Part shown: piece after piece, positions 25,190 through 38,094 of the stretch
Numbering within the stretch: the stretch's first letter is position 1
Layout: each line of letters opens with the position of its first letter
Assembly: GCA_040954595.2 (NCBI GenBank)
Contig: CM082586.2
Location: 9,145,337 to 9,209,336, forward strand
Length of the DNA: 64,000 bases
Source of the DNA: Balanoglossus misakiensis
Lineage: Eukaryota; Animalia; Hemichordata
Direction: 5' to 3'
Program-made: the position numbers and the translations under genes
Notes under the pieces: model-generated
Told to the model about the DNA's origin: nothing
Database searches by the model: none
What the model saw: only the letters and a program-made list of their open reading frames with translations

Positions 25190-28100
25190 TTTATTGAAAA
25201 AAGTTTCAGCCAAACATTTTGACAGTCACAATTTCCATTTGATGAAGTCCATCAGTTCTGTACAACTTGCTCATGAAAACAGTCAAAACACAACATTTTC
25301 TGGCGAAGTGGAACTGTTGAAAATTTAACAGTTGAAAATTTAACAAATTTAACTCTGATTCTGGCTCACAACACACGTTCCATAGAGAGGATGACTTGGT
25401 TTTACTAGTACCCCGCCACAGGTATAAAGACCATCATCTAGGAATACCTGAAGTTGCTGTTTTTTTTGCTGTGAATCAAGCCTCTTTGCAGATAAATACA
25501 CCTATCAAAGAGAAATAAAAAACAGAGAAGTCTTAGTTGTATTAATTTTTTAATATACATGTACATATACATAGAAAACACATAACAAGACACTGTTAAC
25601 CCTGTGCTGTCTACAGCGCCCTCAGATGTCCCATACGGGAGAAACCACAGCGTCTGTACACGTCCGATGATTCCAGAACATCGGGCGATTCAAAAAGTGT
25701 GGGATACGTAACGGTTTCTTGTGAAATACGTGTTATCTTTTTCTAATGACGTATTAAACATATGATAGGCTCTCATTTCCCGCCAAGAAAATATCATGTG
25801 ACCATTTGACCTTTTGCCGTTATCAGCGATTTAATCTCAAGGGACGCTACAGGATGCTGCCGATTATTTATAGTTAATTTATTCACGACATTTGTTGACA
25901 GAACTGACTTGACCTACCTCGAATTTTGTGAGAAAAATTGTGGCATATGCCGAAATAATTTGATTTTTCTTAAGGATGACGATTAGGAAGAATTTTTAGG
26001 ACTAAAAAATGTTGAAACTGCTAGCGATTTTGATGAACATGAACGGGAATGGGAAGTTTTGAATTTTGAGGCTGCGGCCGTTGAACTTTCACCGGAAGCA
26101 CCGGGCGACTTGCGCAACGTTCGTTGGTAATATCGGAGATTCAATTTTATTAAATTATCACTGTTTTTTTCGGAATCTGGTCCTAACCATTGTTTGGAAA
26201 TAGGTACCCATTTTTTGGCAGTTGATTGCCCAGAATTTTATGAAGCATCTTGCCAACGAGATCGTGCTACACAATGTCAACAAGTCCACGCTGCTGACTC
26301 GAATCTAAAATCAAGGCTGATGAAATATACGGGAGTTTTAATATTGACGTGAATATTTTTATACGTGTTCGCTGTTTTCCACACGTCAAATTAGTTCACT
26401 GGTGACAGATTTCAAGTACCAGGCATCGCTAAGATCATGCTAATGAGCAGATACAAAAAACTTTGCGAGTATTTTCCATGTAAACAACAATGACCTCGTT
26501 TTTTCCTGAGGTGACCTGATCGTGATCGCGTGTTCAAAAACCGGCCCCTGTTAGAGATCGTTCATCTATCATTTCCAGCCAAGTTTTATGCATTTTAGGA
26601 GCTGTCCATTGATCAGGCCACGGTGTAATTCAAAGAAAACGGCCATATGATATAAATGCCTGCAAAACCAGTCGAGTGGGAGTTCAATGCGTATGCATTG
26701 CAATGAACATAGTTACATGTCATCATACCGGCTACTGCTTGAGCGCGAGCAGTTCAGCTGACTGGCAACTGACATAAATGCCATGTTACAACACAGAAGT
26801 GTAAAAGGGATAACAAAAACTATAATAAATAGTATAAATAAGACAACCAGACTCTATATTTTGTTCATGTTGATTCCAAGACAAACTGTAGTTGCTGAAC
26901 AAAAAAAATAAAATTTTCTCTAAACCGTGTTCAAGAATATTCAGTAAGGTCAAATGTAGTGGAATTTTTATATTTTCATAATCATTTTAGCATCATTTGA
27001 GAGCCCATTTTTTTAGCTTTCATATGGAAATATGTTGCTATAGTCAATTTTTAGCTCAATTTTGGTTATATTGAAGAAAAGAAATCACTGTCAGTCATTG
27101 AATAATATTTTCTAATTTGAGTGGAAAGTTCTGGTCTCCACAGTGCATTGTTATGCAAATGAGCTGGGCTGCATAGGGTTAATGTCTCAGTGTACGAGGT
27201 TCAGTCCCTTTCTCTTCACTTTTTCACAATACACATTATTTACTACATTGTATGGCTTGCAGTGTGGTAAATTGACAAATGAGAAAGGAATATCCAATTT
27301 ACAATGGATATTAAAATGTCCAATATAGTACTGTATACAATGCTTTACCATACCCGGGCTTTTTGCAATCTATGCAGGGCACCAGTCCACAGCTCCAACT
27401 TTTCACCACTCAGCCTGAAGTTGGTGTTTTCTGCATCAAGTACCAGTCCCTTTCTGCTGGGGCAATTAATTTCACGTGTTGGTCTGCCTTGGACTTCTGT
27501 AAACCTTTCAAAGTGGTCCCCACTTTCATCCGGAACAGGATCTTTTGCAAAGAAAAAAGTATAAATTAAATGGATGTTTACATGACTTTACAGGTACTAC
27601 AGCATAAACTGTACTTACTTAGGCCAACACTACAGAAGGCAAAGCTGTAGAGTTATAACAGAATAGTGCCAAGTTCTGTGCTACTAAATGATACAAAAAT
27701 CAGAGTTTGTAATTCTACTCAAACAAAATTTATTTTAGCAAATTTGTTTTCAGTCTATATGTGGAATGCAACAAATTGGCTCAGACAACTTGTTCTGGGC
27801 TGCAGTATGGTCATACACAACATTTATTCACTGACATACAACAAAATTGTAAATAAAATAATGTTTTACTAACCTTGGATCACATGGACAGCCTTGAAAT
27901 CACCTTTCATTCTGACCATGGAGGTACCTCCATAATTCTGACTGGTCTATTAACATCTTTCTGAGTTTGCACTACGTCAGCGTTGGTATTTTCGTCTCCT
28001 TTTGATTTTACATCAAAAAGAATGTAATACTTGTGGAACCGATCACACGTTTTTGCGATAGACAATCGTGGACACACCTCTATCTTCTCACCTTCACCAC

Positions 28101-28329
28101 ATTTTTCCGACTGTAACAGGTAACAAGACGTTCTGCCATCTTTTGCAATTTTTGTTTTGAACCGATCGTGTTTAGTCTGACTAAGGAGAACTAGCCCTTT
28201 GTACAGCGCAGCGAAGCTGTCATTTGGACTGACTTCGAAGGCATACCAATCTATTGCCACCTTCTTGTTCTGTGTAACTCTGCAACTTATAATTTCGCGT
28301 ACTCTCGTTTTATGAACATCTTTTGCCAT
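25190..28329 (-). pseudogene. Degenerate multi-exon accessory gene, divergent from the Academ-like transposase
   Basis: Exon 1 is ORF 27907-28329 (AAGATGGC start). Further exon-like segments with plausible splice signals lie at ~27352-27545 and ~25190-25501. No domain was recognised. Confidence 0.4.
25600..27178. mobile_element. Non-autonomous piggyBac-type element (1.58 kb)
   Basis: TTAA|CCCTGTGCTGTC ... GGCTGCATAGGG|TTAA: TTAA TSD, CCC/GGG termini and an imperfect 12-bp TIR. Confidence 0.75.
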
Positions 28330-28884
28330 CTTTCTCCAATTTTACCCACAGGCGACTTTGAAACCTACAGACGACACGTTCTCGTCATGCAACAACCACG
28401 GTCGATAGGAGGACATAGTGAGACGAACAGACATATGACATCAATGACCCCGTTTGACCTCATTTGCATATTTGTTTGTATTTGCGAAATTTCTCGTAAA
28501 CCTAGGCGCGCGCTGACGTCAAACATAATTTTGAATTTGCCCAGCCTTATCATACATGCAACGCCTGTATTTGGCACCTTCTACACACGCGATTGTGCAG
28601 TACCTTGGACAAAGCTTGGAACAATGTTGCAAAAAGCTTTGTGCTGAAGCTTGCTACAAGAGTTTGCGTGCCGACCTTTGCTGAAGGGGTCGTGTCATGT
28701 GCCAACCTTCGCTGAAGCTTCTTATTACTAGCCTTAGTTGAACCTAAGCTGTACTGACCTTTGAGAAACCTTATAATTCCAATCTTTGGCCAAGCGTCTT
28801 CAAAGCTTGGTGAAAAAAAATCAACAATGCTTTACTAAACAAACCTTTAAACAAGCTTAATTTTTGAAGCTTTGTCGAAGATGT

Positions 28885-29033
28885 TTATTTTATTTTCAAC
28901 CAAATCAAGTCACAACAAACTCTCCTTGTAACTTTTATAATATAGAGATTAAATGAAATTGTAGTGATACACATGAGTATAAAAGTTACAAGGACAGTTT
29001 GTTGTGACTTGATTTGGATGAAAATAAAATAAA
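28885..29033. repeat. Foldback element with ~55-bp inverted arms and a ~40-bp loop
   Basis: TTATTTTATTTTCAACCAAATCAAGTCACAACAAACTCTCCTTGTAACTTTTATA versus TATAAAAGTTACAAGGACAGTTTGTTGTGACTTGATTTGGATGAAAATAAAATAA. Confidence 0.85.
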
Positions 29034-30688
29034 GGTAATCATGTTCAAATAATACACTACAGATTAAGTAGTTTTTTGTCCAGTTGTCAGTAACAATTTT
29101 TTTCTATTCAGAATTAATTAAACTTGTTCTACTGGTCTTACTTACATGAGCGAATAATAATTTAATGTTTTAAAACTGTTGCATTTATTTCAGGAGTGTG
29201 AACATGAAAAAAAATCAAAAGAAGACTGGCGAAGAGAAAGACAGAAGCAAGGTAATTGAAATGGTCTACAATCAATGCAAAGAAAATGCTGTCAGTTTGG
29301 GCCTTGAAATGATCAAAATGGCATTTCTGAATAACATGTGTATTTTATTTTATTTTCAGGACAAAGAGAAAATAAAAGAGTTGGAGGAAGAAATTGAGAG
29401 ACTGAAAAGGGAAATCGGGGGGAGGTTAATACAAGGGAAGAGAGGGTGGAAGCTGTAAGGGAAATTGGGAAATTAGAAAATTTAGAAATTTACAGGCATG
29501 CAGATCTCCTCTGCCAAAACCAAGACAGGTAGTCTGTTCAAAATTTATCAGACATAGATTTACCTAATCTATTGTCATAATGGAATCTTGTCTTGGTTTC
29601 CTTCTTGAGGAGATTTGTATGCCAAATACTGGAATCCAAAATAACACTCAATATCTTGCCCATGCCGTTGAACTTCTTTATACTGCCAGGAATCCTAAGT
29701 TTGTGAGTAGTTTTATTTCTGCAATTCAAGTTATTTTATTTAGTTTGACCAGAAGTCGCCTGGCAGTTGATCTCATGGGCCACGTAACAGCAGGCCCATG
29801 TTATGATGTCATTAACAATATTCTTTTCAAAGGTAATTTTGATTTTCCAGATGCACCTGAGGGGTGACTTGAATTTTCTTTTGATAATGAACAACATCTT
29901 TCTAAAAATTACATTAACAGAAATGGTAATTCAGTTACTTTGGATATTTTACTAACATTATTGCTTCTCAGCTGGACCCAGAATCATCACTGCAATATGA
30001 TTCTGGGTTGAAGCCAAGTCAGTGGCAGAAGGTTTCAGAGACAGATGTTTCCAATACAGAGGGCAGCAAGTATGATGAGTTTGATTCAGTTGTCAAAGAG
30101 TCCATTGCTTCTTATGTTGATGATTTAATTTTATCTTCTGTAGCCACTATCAATGTAGAAAATGCACCACAGACTGACTCTATTGACACATACTTACAAC
30201 AAAAACAACAGACTGACAGCGTCGAGATTTGCCCCAAGTGTGGTTTCACCCACACGAAGGGCAAATCGAGAATTGCTAAGTGTCGAGGTTGTGGCATTCG
30301 AAGGGAACCATTTTGCATGAGTGTGTTGGTGAAGTAAAGGTTGCTCACATGGGAAAGTAAACTTCCAGAATTGTTAAAAAGCCCCCAAAACAAGCAAATA
30401 AAGCAAATATTTATGTTATGTCTCCTATTTTTGTAAATCCTAATTGTTTCAAATCAGTGAAAGAAATTCTTAATCACATTGGTAAACTTGCAAAAATCAA
30501 ACAATATTTTAATCATGACGAGGGCAGTGGAGATTATTGTACATATATGGAATGGGTTATAATCAGGTGTGATGGCTTGCCATATGTAATTATTCGGAAA
30601 ATTTTATCAGAAGATCATGAGGGAATATTTTCATTTGTTGTTTTAAGGACGGGCCTTTTACATGAAGAAATCAATGCAGTCAAATCAT

Positions 30689-30995
30689 ACACGGGTTTCA
30701 TAAGTCTAGCGCCCTCTTGTGGCTATCATGAATTTGACCTCAAAGCGAGGCCACTGGGTGTACGCCCCTGATGAGTTGATGACAGCTCGTAAACACAGGC
30801 TCAGCGGTTTGTTGACGGAAGTGGCGACGCCGATAAAACTTTTCAAGGTAAGAATTTCTCGAATTCGTAGCTGTATTTTTGTTTTCAGTCATATTTTAAG
30901 CACCTTCTTGTTTAGCTTCTGAGATATTATAGCAAAAAAAGTGTGAATTTCTTTCAATTTTTGCGATCTCAAAATTTTTTTTTGGAGCGACCGAA
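30689..30995 (+). repeat. Left TIR of the ISL2EU element (weaker match continues to ~31060)
   Basis: Reverse complement of 35493-35788, with a few substitutions and one ~10-bp indel. Confidence 0.95.
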
Positions 30996-31305
30996 AAAGA
31001 GCACGCGATACGGTTACTTGGGTTTTAGTGTAACTGTTACTTCGATCGACTCAGCGAAAAAAAAAAATAAAAGTCGATATACAGTAAATAAAACTATAAT
31101 TTGTGGTACTATTTAGTCTCAAGGTGGCATTATGCCATAATGTGATATTGTGGTGTGCATTTTCAGTACTGAATAAAAGTTTCGAAGGGACTGTGAATAT
31201 AAAACTGTCAGATTGTACACTAGTACTAAAAAGGTGACCGTGATCTCTATGATAATTTTTGATAACTGCTCATGTTCAATGGAATGAATGTTTTTTTTTT
31301 CAGTC

Positions 31306-32952
31306 ATGGTTCATAACTGTTGTGTACCGTTCTGTACAAGAGCTGGGTACAGAGGAGAGAATGGGGAGAAAATTTCCTTTTTTTCTTTTCCAAACGATAA
31401 AATGCGAAGAAAACAATGGATAACAAAAATCAAGAGGGATGAAGGAAAATTTTTCAAAATAACACATCACACAAAGGTTTGCTCAAGGCATTTCACAGAT
31501 GAGGACATATCAAGAACCCTTGCCAATAAATATTTTCTCAAACCGAATGCTGTACCATCACAGTTCAAATGGACATCCACAAAACATGCACGAAAGTTAC
31601 CAACACCAAGAACAGCACCACAGAAAAATACTTTGATGGAGGTAAATGAAAATCACAGCATGCATCCAAGTGGTAAATTGTCTACTGTAAGTGATTCCGC
31701 CACAGGAGACCTTCACGAGAGATGTCAGCTGGGAAGCACTGAAGTACTTCATCAACAGACACTTGGGTGTCATGAAGTTGACCAATCACATCTGGGCATC
31801 TCATCTGGAAATCATAGGAATGAACAGCAACTCCTTGAAAAAATTGAAAGACTTACTTTTGAAAACCAGAGACTTATTAACAAAATTGCTGATGTAGAGT
31901 TTTCAAATGCAAAAACCATTGAAATGCTTAAAGAAAAAGTAAAACTATTGAGGGAGGATTTAATTAAAAAGGATTTAGAAATAAAGAATTTGAAAAGTAA
32001 TCAATTCAACATTGAAAATATGAAAGAGAGTGATGAGGTAATTTCATCTTATACAGGATTTCCAAATTTTCTGGCGTTAATGGATGTCTTTGAATTTATT
32101 GACCCTGGTAAAGTGGGAGAAAATATTAACTACTGGAATTCAACAAATAAATTACATGATACTGATAAAAGCCAAGCAGACAAGAAAATGGGTCGCCCTC
32201 GGACCCTACGGCCAATTGATGAATTTCTTCTTACTTTGTGTCGTTTAAGGCAGGGTTTCTTTGAGCGTCACCTGGCATTTCTGTTTAACATTTCAATGTC
32301 AACTGTAAGCAGAATATTTATAACTTGGATAAATTACCTTTACTTGAAACTGGGTCACCTTAATATTTGGCAAGACAAAGCCAGTATCACAAGAAACATG
32401 CCTGCATCATTTACAGTGGAGTACCCAAGTACCCGCATCATAATTGATTGTTCAGAAATTAGGGTGGAAATGCCCAGTTCATTGATTTTACATTCACAAT
32501 TATTGTCTAATTACAAAAACCATGTAACACTTAAGGGGCTAATAGGCATAGCTCCAAGTGGAGCTGTAACATTTGTCAGCAGTTTATATACTGGCTCCAT
32601 ATCTGACAGAGAAATTGAATGTAGATCAGGGTTACTGGATATGCCATTTGACCACGGTGACTCTGTAATGGCAGACAAGGGATTCACCATAGCTGACCTC
32701 TTGAGGCCTAAAGGTGTGTCTCTGAATATTCCACCATTTCTAGAGAAACGTGACCAAATGAGTGCAGAAGATGTTATAGAAACACAAAAAATTGCTGCTG
32801 AGCGCATACATGTAGAAAGGGCAATTAATAAAGTTAAGAATTTTCATATCTGGGACAGAGTTGTCCCTATATCACTTTTTAATATTGTAAATGAAATGTG
32901 GACTGTAAGTGCACTATTGTGTAATGTACAGAATCCTATAATAAGTGCATGA
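31306..32952 (+). CDS. THAP-domain, coiled-coil, HTH and DDE_Tnp_4-type transposase
   Basis: THAP motifs CCVPFC..FP..W..VCSRHF..AVP; DDE motifs IIDCSE, MADKGF and RIHVERAI. The ORF is uninterrupted, and the likely ATG (31306) follows a polyT-CAG acceptor. Confidence 0.95.
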   Translation: MVHNCCVPFCTRAGYRGENGEKISFFSFPNDKMRRKQWITKIKRDEGKFFKITHHTKVCSRHFTDEDISRTLANKYFLKPNAVPSQFKWTSTKHARKLPTPRTAPQKNTLMEVNENHSMHPSGKLSTVSDSATGDLHERCQLGSTEVLHQQTLGCHEVDQSHLGISSGNHRNEQQLLEKIERLTFENQRLINKIADVEFSNAKTIEMLKEKVKLLREDLIKKDLEIKNLKSNQFNIENMKESDEVISSYTGFPNFLALMDVFEFIDPGKVGENINYWNSTNKLHDTDKSQADKKMGRPRTLRPIDEFLLTLCRLRQGFFERHLAFLFNISMSTVSRIFITWINYLYLKLGHLNIWQDKASITRNMPASFTVEYPSTRIIIDCSEIRVEMPSSLILHSQLLSNYKNHVTLKGLIGIAPSGAVTFVSSLYTGSISDREIECRSGLLDMPFDHGDSVMADKGFTIADLLRPKGVSLNIPPFLEKRDQMSAEDVIETQKIAAERIHVERAINKVKNFHIWDRVVPISLFNIVNEMWTVSALLCNVQNPIISA

Positions 32953-33113
32953 GGATTTTGTCTGTTCTTTGATGTGGCACAGCTGTAATGTGAATAATAA
33001 AATAAAATATTAAATTGATGAATACGTCTTTTATTTGCATTTCAACCATGCACGCATTTTACATCTTTTAAAACATCAACTACATTTATCAACTACATTC
33101 AATAAAAATATGG

Positions 33114-35197
33114 TTAAGCACTTTGTTCTCTCGTCACGATAAATGGCATGTAATGTTCGGTAAAAAAAACATCCAGTTTTGTCAACATTTCTTGCCAATA
33201 TACACTGTCAAATATGATTCTCTCAATGCTGAGCCCTTTAAATGTATATATAACAAAATCGCACCAAGTCAGCCCACACACTGCCATTTGTCCCTGAATT
33301 TGCTGATAATATCTGTGATAAACTTTCAACCTTGGCTGCCCATTGTCATCATAACAATAAAATGTTGGATCAAGGCATGCATCCAACGGAGTGACATTTT
33401 TCTTTGTTTCTGGGCATTTAACTTCTACAATACCATATGGCTCAGATGATTTTCTATCGACCACTTTCGAATCCGGTGTACCACCAAGAAAACAATACGA
33501 GGGGTTTATAACTAGACCACATTTGTGTAGAGATACATAATTATCTGTGTCATTCATGTATTTGGCATATTTTATCAACCCCTCACTTTCATATTTTTTG
33601 CCATGATCAGTATATCTGCTTGTAAAACTTTCAGAATTAAATAAGCTATTACACAGGGCATCGTGATTTCTTTTTGTTATACATACATCGTGAAAATTTG
33701 ATGCAGTCAGCCTTGGTTTTCTATACAGAAACCACTTATCACTGACAGACTGCTTTCTTGTCTCTGCTTCAATCATATTTTCTCTGTCTTTGTTACATTT
33801 GATTGATTGAAACCATGCATGTTCCTGTTCATTGTTAATTTTAATGTCATATATAGGGGTTTCTTTGTATGGTAAATTAGGAAAAGAATTTAAATCTATT
33901 AACAAATTATAAGATGGCAGTCTTGGTACTGATGATATGTCACAAAAGACAGAATAACTACACTCTGTGTGTCGTGTTTGATAGCTTAAAATTGAGCCAT
34001 TTGGCACTTTACCAAATTTGGTATCAACTAATGATACATCAGGCATGACCTGGCACTGCGCAAACCCAAACAGTGGATTTTTTTGGTTCAGACTTTCAGC
34101 ACTGTTGTCATGATTTGGATTTCTTCTGGCATCATACAATGCTGAAGTCACAGCATATTTTGACTCACCACTATCAACTTTAACTTTGCGAATGGCCAAA
34201 CTTGTAACAGGTTCTAGCAAAACCCCCAAACCTCTGTTTCTATGGTGCCACACTTGTAATCTAGAGGTTGGAGAAGTAATGTTTGAGTGAATATTTACAA
34301 ACTCTTGAACATCCTCTAAATCAAATAAAGAGCATTGTGAAATCAGAAATAATAATGCAAGGGTATGATTACAGTAGCCTACAAGTCCGGCTTTACAGGT
34401 ACAGTTAGCATGTACAACATTACCATCCAGAAGATCAAGCTTTAGTTTCAGTCTATGTGGCTCTGCATGTTTTTTGTAGCTATGGTTACACCTTGCTGTA
34501 AAATAAAAGTATTTTGTGTCTTTATTTGTCATAACATCATGGATATATTTTTCTTCAAAGAACACTTTTCCCCGTTGCTGATTAGTTGGGTGATTATCCT
34601 CAGCATCCCCTTTTACTTGCTTCCCTGTTTTTGAGAGATGGATATTTATATGTGCTCTAGTGAACAAAGGCAATCCTAGCAACGACGTGCCCCACCCATC
34701 TTTTGGGTAAGAAGTGGACAGTCCAACAGGTGCTACAGGAGCTGACATGACATTTGCTGGAGTTTGGCCTGATGATAGTGCCTTCATTTTCTGTATCTTC
34801 ATCTTAGTATAGCTTTTGTTTGGATCTGGATCAACAATTTTTGCATCAGTTCCATTTTCCATGTACACCTTTATTCTACAGAAAAAAACAAATGTTTCAA
34901 TATTGTTATTTTAATAGTATTATTTGCAATACATGCATTTTCATTTATTTGACCATAATTTATTATTATATTGTTTGATCAACAAAACCAAATGGAACAC
35001 GTAAAAACAATTTACCCAGCCCCTACTTGCCTTGTCAACAACTGTGCCTTTGTTTTTAAGTTCTTCAGGGTGTCACCCCTACATCTTAACCAAAATTGGA
35101 GCCTGTCCTTTTTCAGCGTTGCTGGATCAATACCATCAAAGCTGGCTCCTGGGATATCATCTTCGCTGAGAGATACATTACTGACGGTGACATCCAT
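33114..35197 (-). CDS. SWIM zinc finger plus YqaJ/lambda-exonuclease-like protein (2 coding exons: 35197-35031, 34875-33114)
   Basis: SAP-like LQFWLRCRG..KTKAQL; SWIM CTCKAG..YCNH; YqaJ motifs RLTASNF, HGKKYE, GGTPD, VEVKCP, YYQQIQGQM. Frame is maintained through a GC-AG intron. Confidence 0.92.
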
Positions 35198-35492
35198 TCT
35201 GTGTAAAAATCCAGCATGTCAATTACATTTTTTTTACTCTGTGAAGCATTGAACATGAATACAAATGCAAGAGGAATATAGGCTGCAGAAGGTCTGCAAT
35301 AAAACTAAAACTTTTAAAAGCTCTCATTCATAAAGTTTCGGTGAATAACACCCCTTAGCAGTTCGGCTATGGGCTCGATCATAATTAAGGTAACAAAAAC
35401 TGAAAGTAAACTTTGAATTTTTTTCGCTGAGTCGATCGATCGATACGTGCCTTTGACCAGAATGCCGGCTTTCCAGCTAACCGTGCGCTATA

Positions 35493-35788
35493 TCGGTCGC
35501 TCCAAAAAAAAAATTTGAGATCGCAAAAATTCACACTTTTTTTGCTATAATATCTCAGAAGCTAAACAAGAAGGTGCTTAAAATATGACTGAAAACAAAA
35601 ATACAGCTGCGAATTCGAGAAATTCTTACCTTGAAAAGTTTTATCGGCGTCGCCACTTCCGTCAACAAACCGCTGAGCCTGTGTTTATGAGCTGTCATCA
35701 ACTCATCAGGGGCGTACACCCAGTGGCCTCGCTTTGAGGTCAAATTCATGATAGCCACAAGAGGGCGCTAGACTTATGAAACCCGTGT
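35493..35788 (-). repeat. Right TIR of the ISL2EU element
   Basis: Inverted copy of 30689-30995; the duplicated spurious ORFs 30719-30922 and 35555-35758 reflect it. Confidence 0.95.
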
Positions 35789-38094
35789 ATTTGTTTCTAT
35801 GTATTGGGATTTACAGGGACTTTGCTATATCTCAGGGATTCTCCTGAGGCAGATCTCTAGAATGTGTGAAGAAGTGTTCTGATCATCACATTTCATTTGA
35901 CCTTCTTTGCAAATTCATAGATTGTCTGTGGAGCGAATTGCTACAGGAATTTCATGTGCATGATGTGAGTAATCCCACTGCTGATGCATCCACCAGTTTG
36001 TTTTTTGGCTGGTTGAATGCAGCAGCAGTGACAGACTCTCACATGAATTTCATTTACAATATTCTTCTACAACATTTACAAGGAATTTTCCTCTTTCGAC
36101 AGGGCACGAGCTTCAATTCACCCACTTACCTACGGGCTTGACGACATCTCCTTCGCACCCTGTGGCACGGTCGGAATCACCCCACTTACCAAATGATTGA
36201 TGTCTATGACGTGACCGACCGTGCCCGGTATCCACCAATACTTCTCCAAACTCTGGAGAAGTACGAGGCCATTTCACGATCTGGTAGGCCTGATGCCCAT
36301 CAAGGTGCGGACGCCGTCCTGGAGGAGTACGACTAAAACAACAAGGCCTGAGCTCCTCCAGTGCCCGATTCAGGTAAGTGGGTTGTCATCTGTAGCAGGC
36401 ATGATGCCCTGGCCAGTCTGAGAAAGATAGTCTTCTCAGTCGTTAGCCTTGTAAACCCCGAGTCGTTGGAACGTAGCCGCCCAGGCTACTCTAACGACTT
36501 GACGGGTTTCAGGGGACGACTGAGACAGACATCTTATGTCAAGTATCAGGATGGTCGGTCTCCTATTACCATCTCAGGAGATGCTATGGATAGACACATT
36601 GGCAATTATAACATCAATGCCGAAGAAAAAAGACGTTCCCTGGTAAGTATCATCTGCCAAGGTAAGTCTCCAGGCACTGGCAAAAAAAATACTACTTGTT
36701 ACAGAAAAAGAAAGAGCAGAAATTGAAAGAGAAGAAAAAAAAAACAAATGCCACACTTCGACACGAATGCAACGACATAATTCAGACACTACCGTTAACA
36801 TACAGAACATCACTGCATACACAACTACGACGGGCAACAAACAAATCCAAGCTCCTGGAATTACTGCACAGTGTGCATGATTTATAAGGGGCTATTACAG
36901 AAGTGTTTGAATTTGAAATGCAACAGTAAAATTATTAGTGTATTTCAAATTCAAACACCCATTCCCCTTGTCTATCATATTAACTGTGCACAAAACACAG
37001 TATTGGCAGAACAGAAATACACTGCACAGTACACAATTGAATTACAGTGGCTACAGATTTTATTGATTTATAAAAAAAAATCTTTTTTTGGTCATATTTC
37101 ACAGTTTATCTATTAGTTTACCATGTATCTCTATTCTTTTTTTTTACTTTCCATGATTTAATCTCGTTTTTGTGTGTATCTTTTTTTCAATTATGTTTAG
37201 TCCTCTTGAGGAGCAGCTGTCACTGAAAACTACTGCCACTGTACTTGCTGACCAGCTGAGGAGATTATTGATTTTCTATATTCTAATCAACAGAATTTAT
37301 ATATTTTTTTAAGTATATTTTTATTGAAAAATTATTTGAAGGTTTCTAAATAGGAATGAAACAAATGAATTACGTTTTATATTATAACCCAACATTGAAA
37401 CATTATATCAGCCAATCATGTGATAAAAATTCAAATTATGATCATTTCCGAATTTCATTTGTTTAAAATCATGACACATTTTTTTTTCCTATTTAGAAAC
37501 CTATTCAACTAACACTTCAGGTGCAATGTTTTACTTTTATTTTATGCTTTAATTACATTTTTATTATCTTTTAGGTTTATTTATTCTTTTACGATTAATT
37601 TTTATTTGTTGGCAAAATATTGAGTGTCATTTAATTTTTTTTTATAATAAACTTGGTTTCATATATTATTTAAATACAGCAATCATTTCTTTCGCCAAAT
37701 TGGATTCCAGTGTTATTTTCTTTTATCATTATTTATAAATTATGGGAGTTGATTTGTTAATGGGTATGGGGTTGGATTGTGTGGGTTCGGGGTTGATAAA
37801 GTTGAGAGAGAGTTTTGTGCATTGTTATAATAATCATGAATTGAATGTAATTTTATATGAATTTTTTAGTTCTTTGTAATAAAAATTTGATAATCTCAAA
37901 TAGTGGTCAGTTGTGAGGAGTCATTTATTTCAATTTCATGCCATTTTTATTTTAGCTTTTTGACAATTGGAAGTTTACAAAATTATGCATTTATACAATT
38001 AATTTTTTTCAAAAATACAGTCATTTCAATAAAACAAATTACAAAAGTGGCAACATCATGCAATGTAATTTTAATTTCTTGGCAGTAGAAACAT

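Larger units (their letters stand above)
30689..35788 (+). mobile_element. Apparently intact ISL2EU (PIF/Harbinger-related) transposon, 5100 bp, AT TSD, ~300-370-bp TIRs
   Basis: AT|ACACGGGTTTCATAAG...CTTATGAAACCCGTGT|AT, with near-identical long TIRs and two intact convergent genes. Confidence 0.95.
29480..36887 (+). pseudogene. Academ-like DDE transposase, decayed and split by the ISL2EU insertion
   Basis: Ordered motifs FDNEQ, CPKC..CRGC, PIFVNPN, RCDGLPY, VVLRTGLLHEEIN | HGRNHPTY, GADAVLEEY. Removing the ISL2EU element and one AT copy restores the frame (AVKSFVSMYW). Confidence 0.7.

Noticed and set aside
33114-34868. Phage or viral insertion suggested by the YqaJ/lambda-exonuclease domain
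   Set aside because: The gene is spliced, lies between eukaryotic TIRs and is the usual second gene of ISL2EU elements.
30719-35758. Two near-identical 67-aa ORFs (MAIMNLTSK...)
   Set aside because: They are the two TIRs of the ISL2EU element read in opposite directions, with non-ATG starts.
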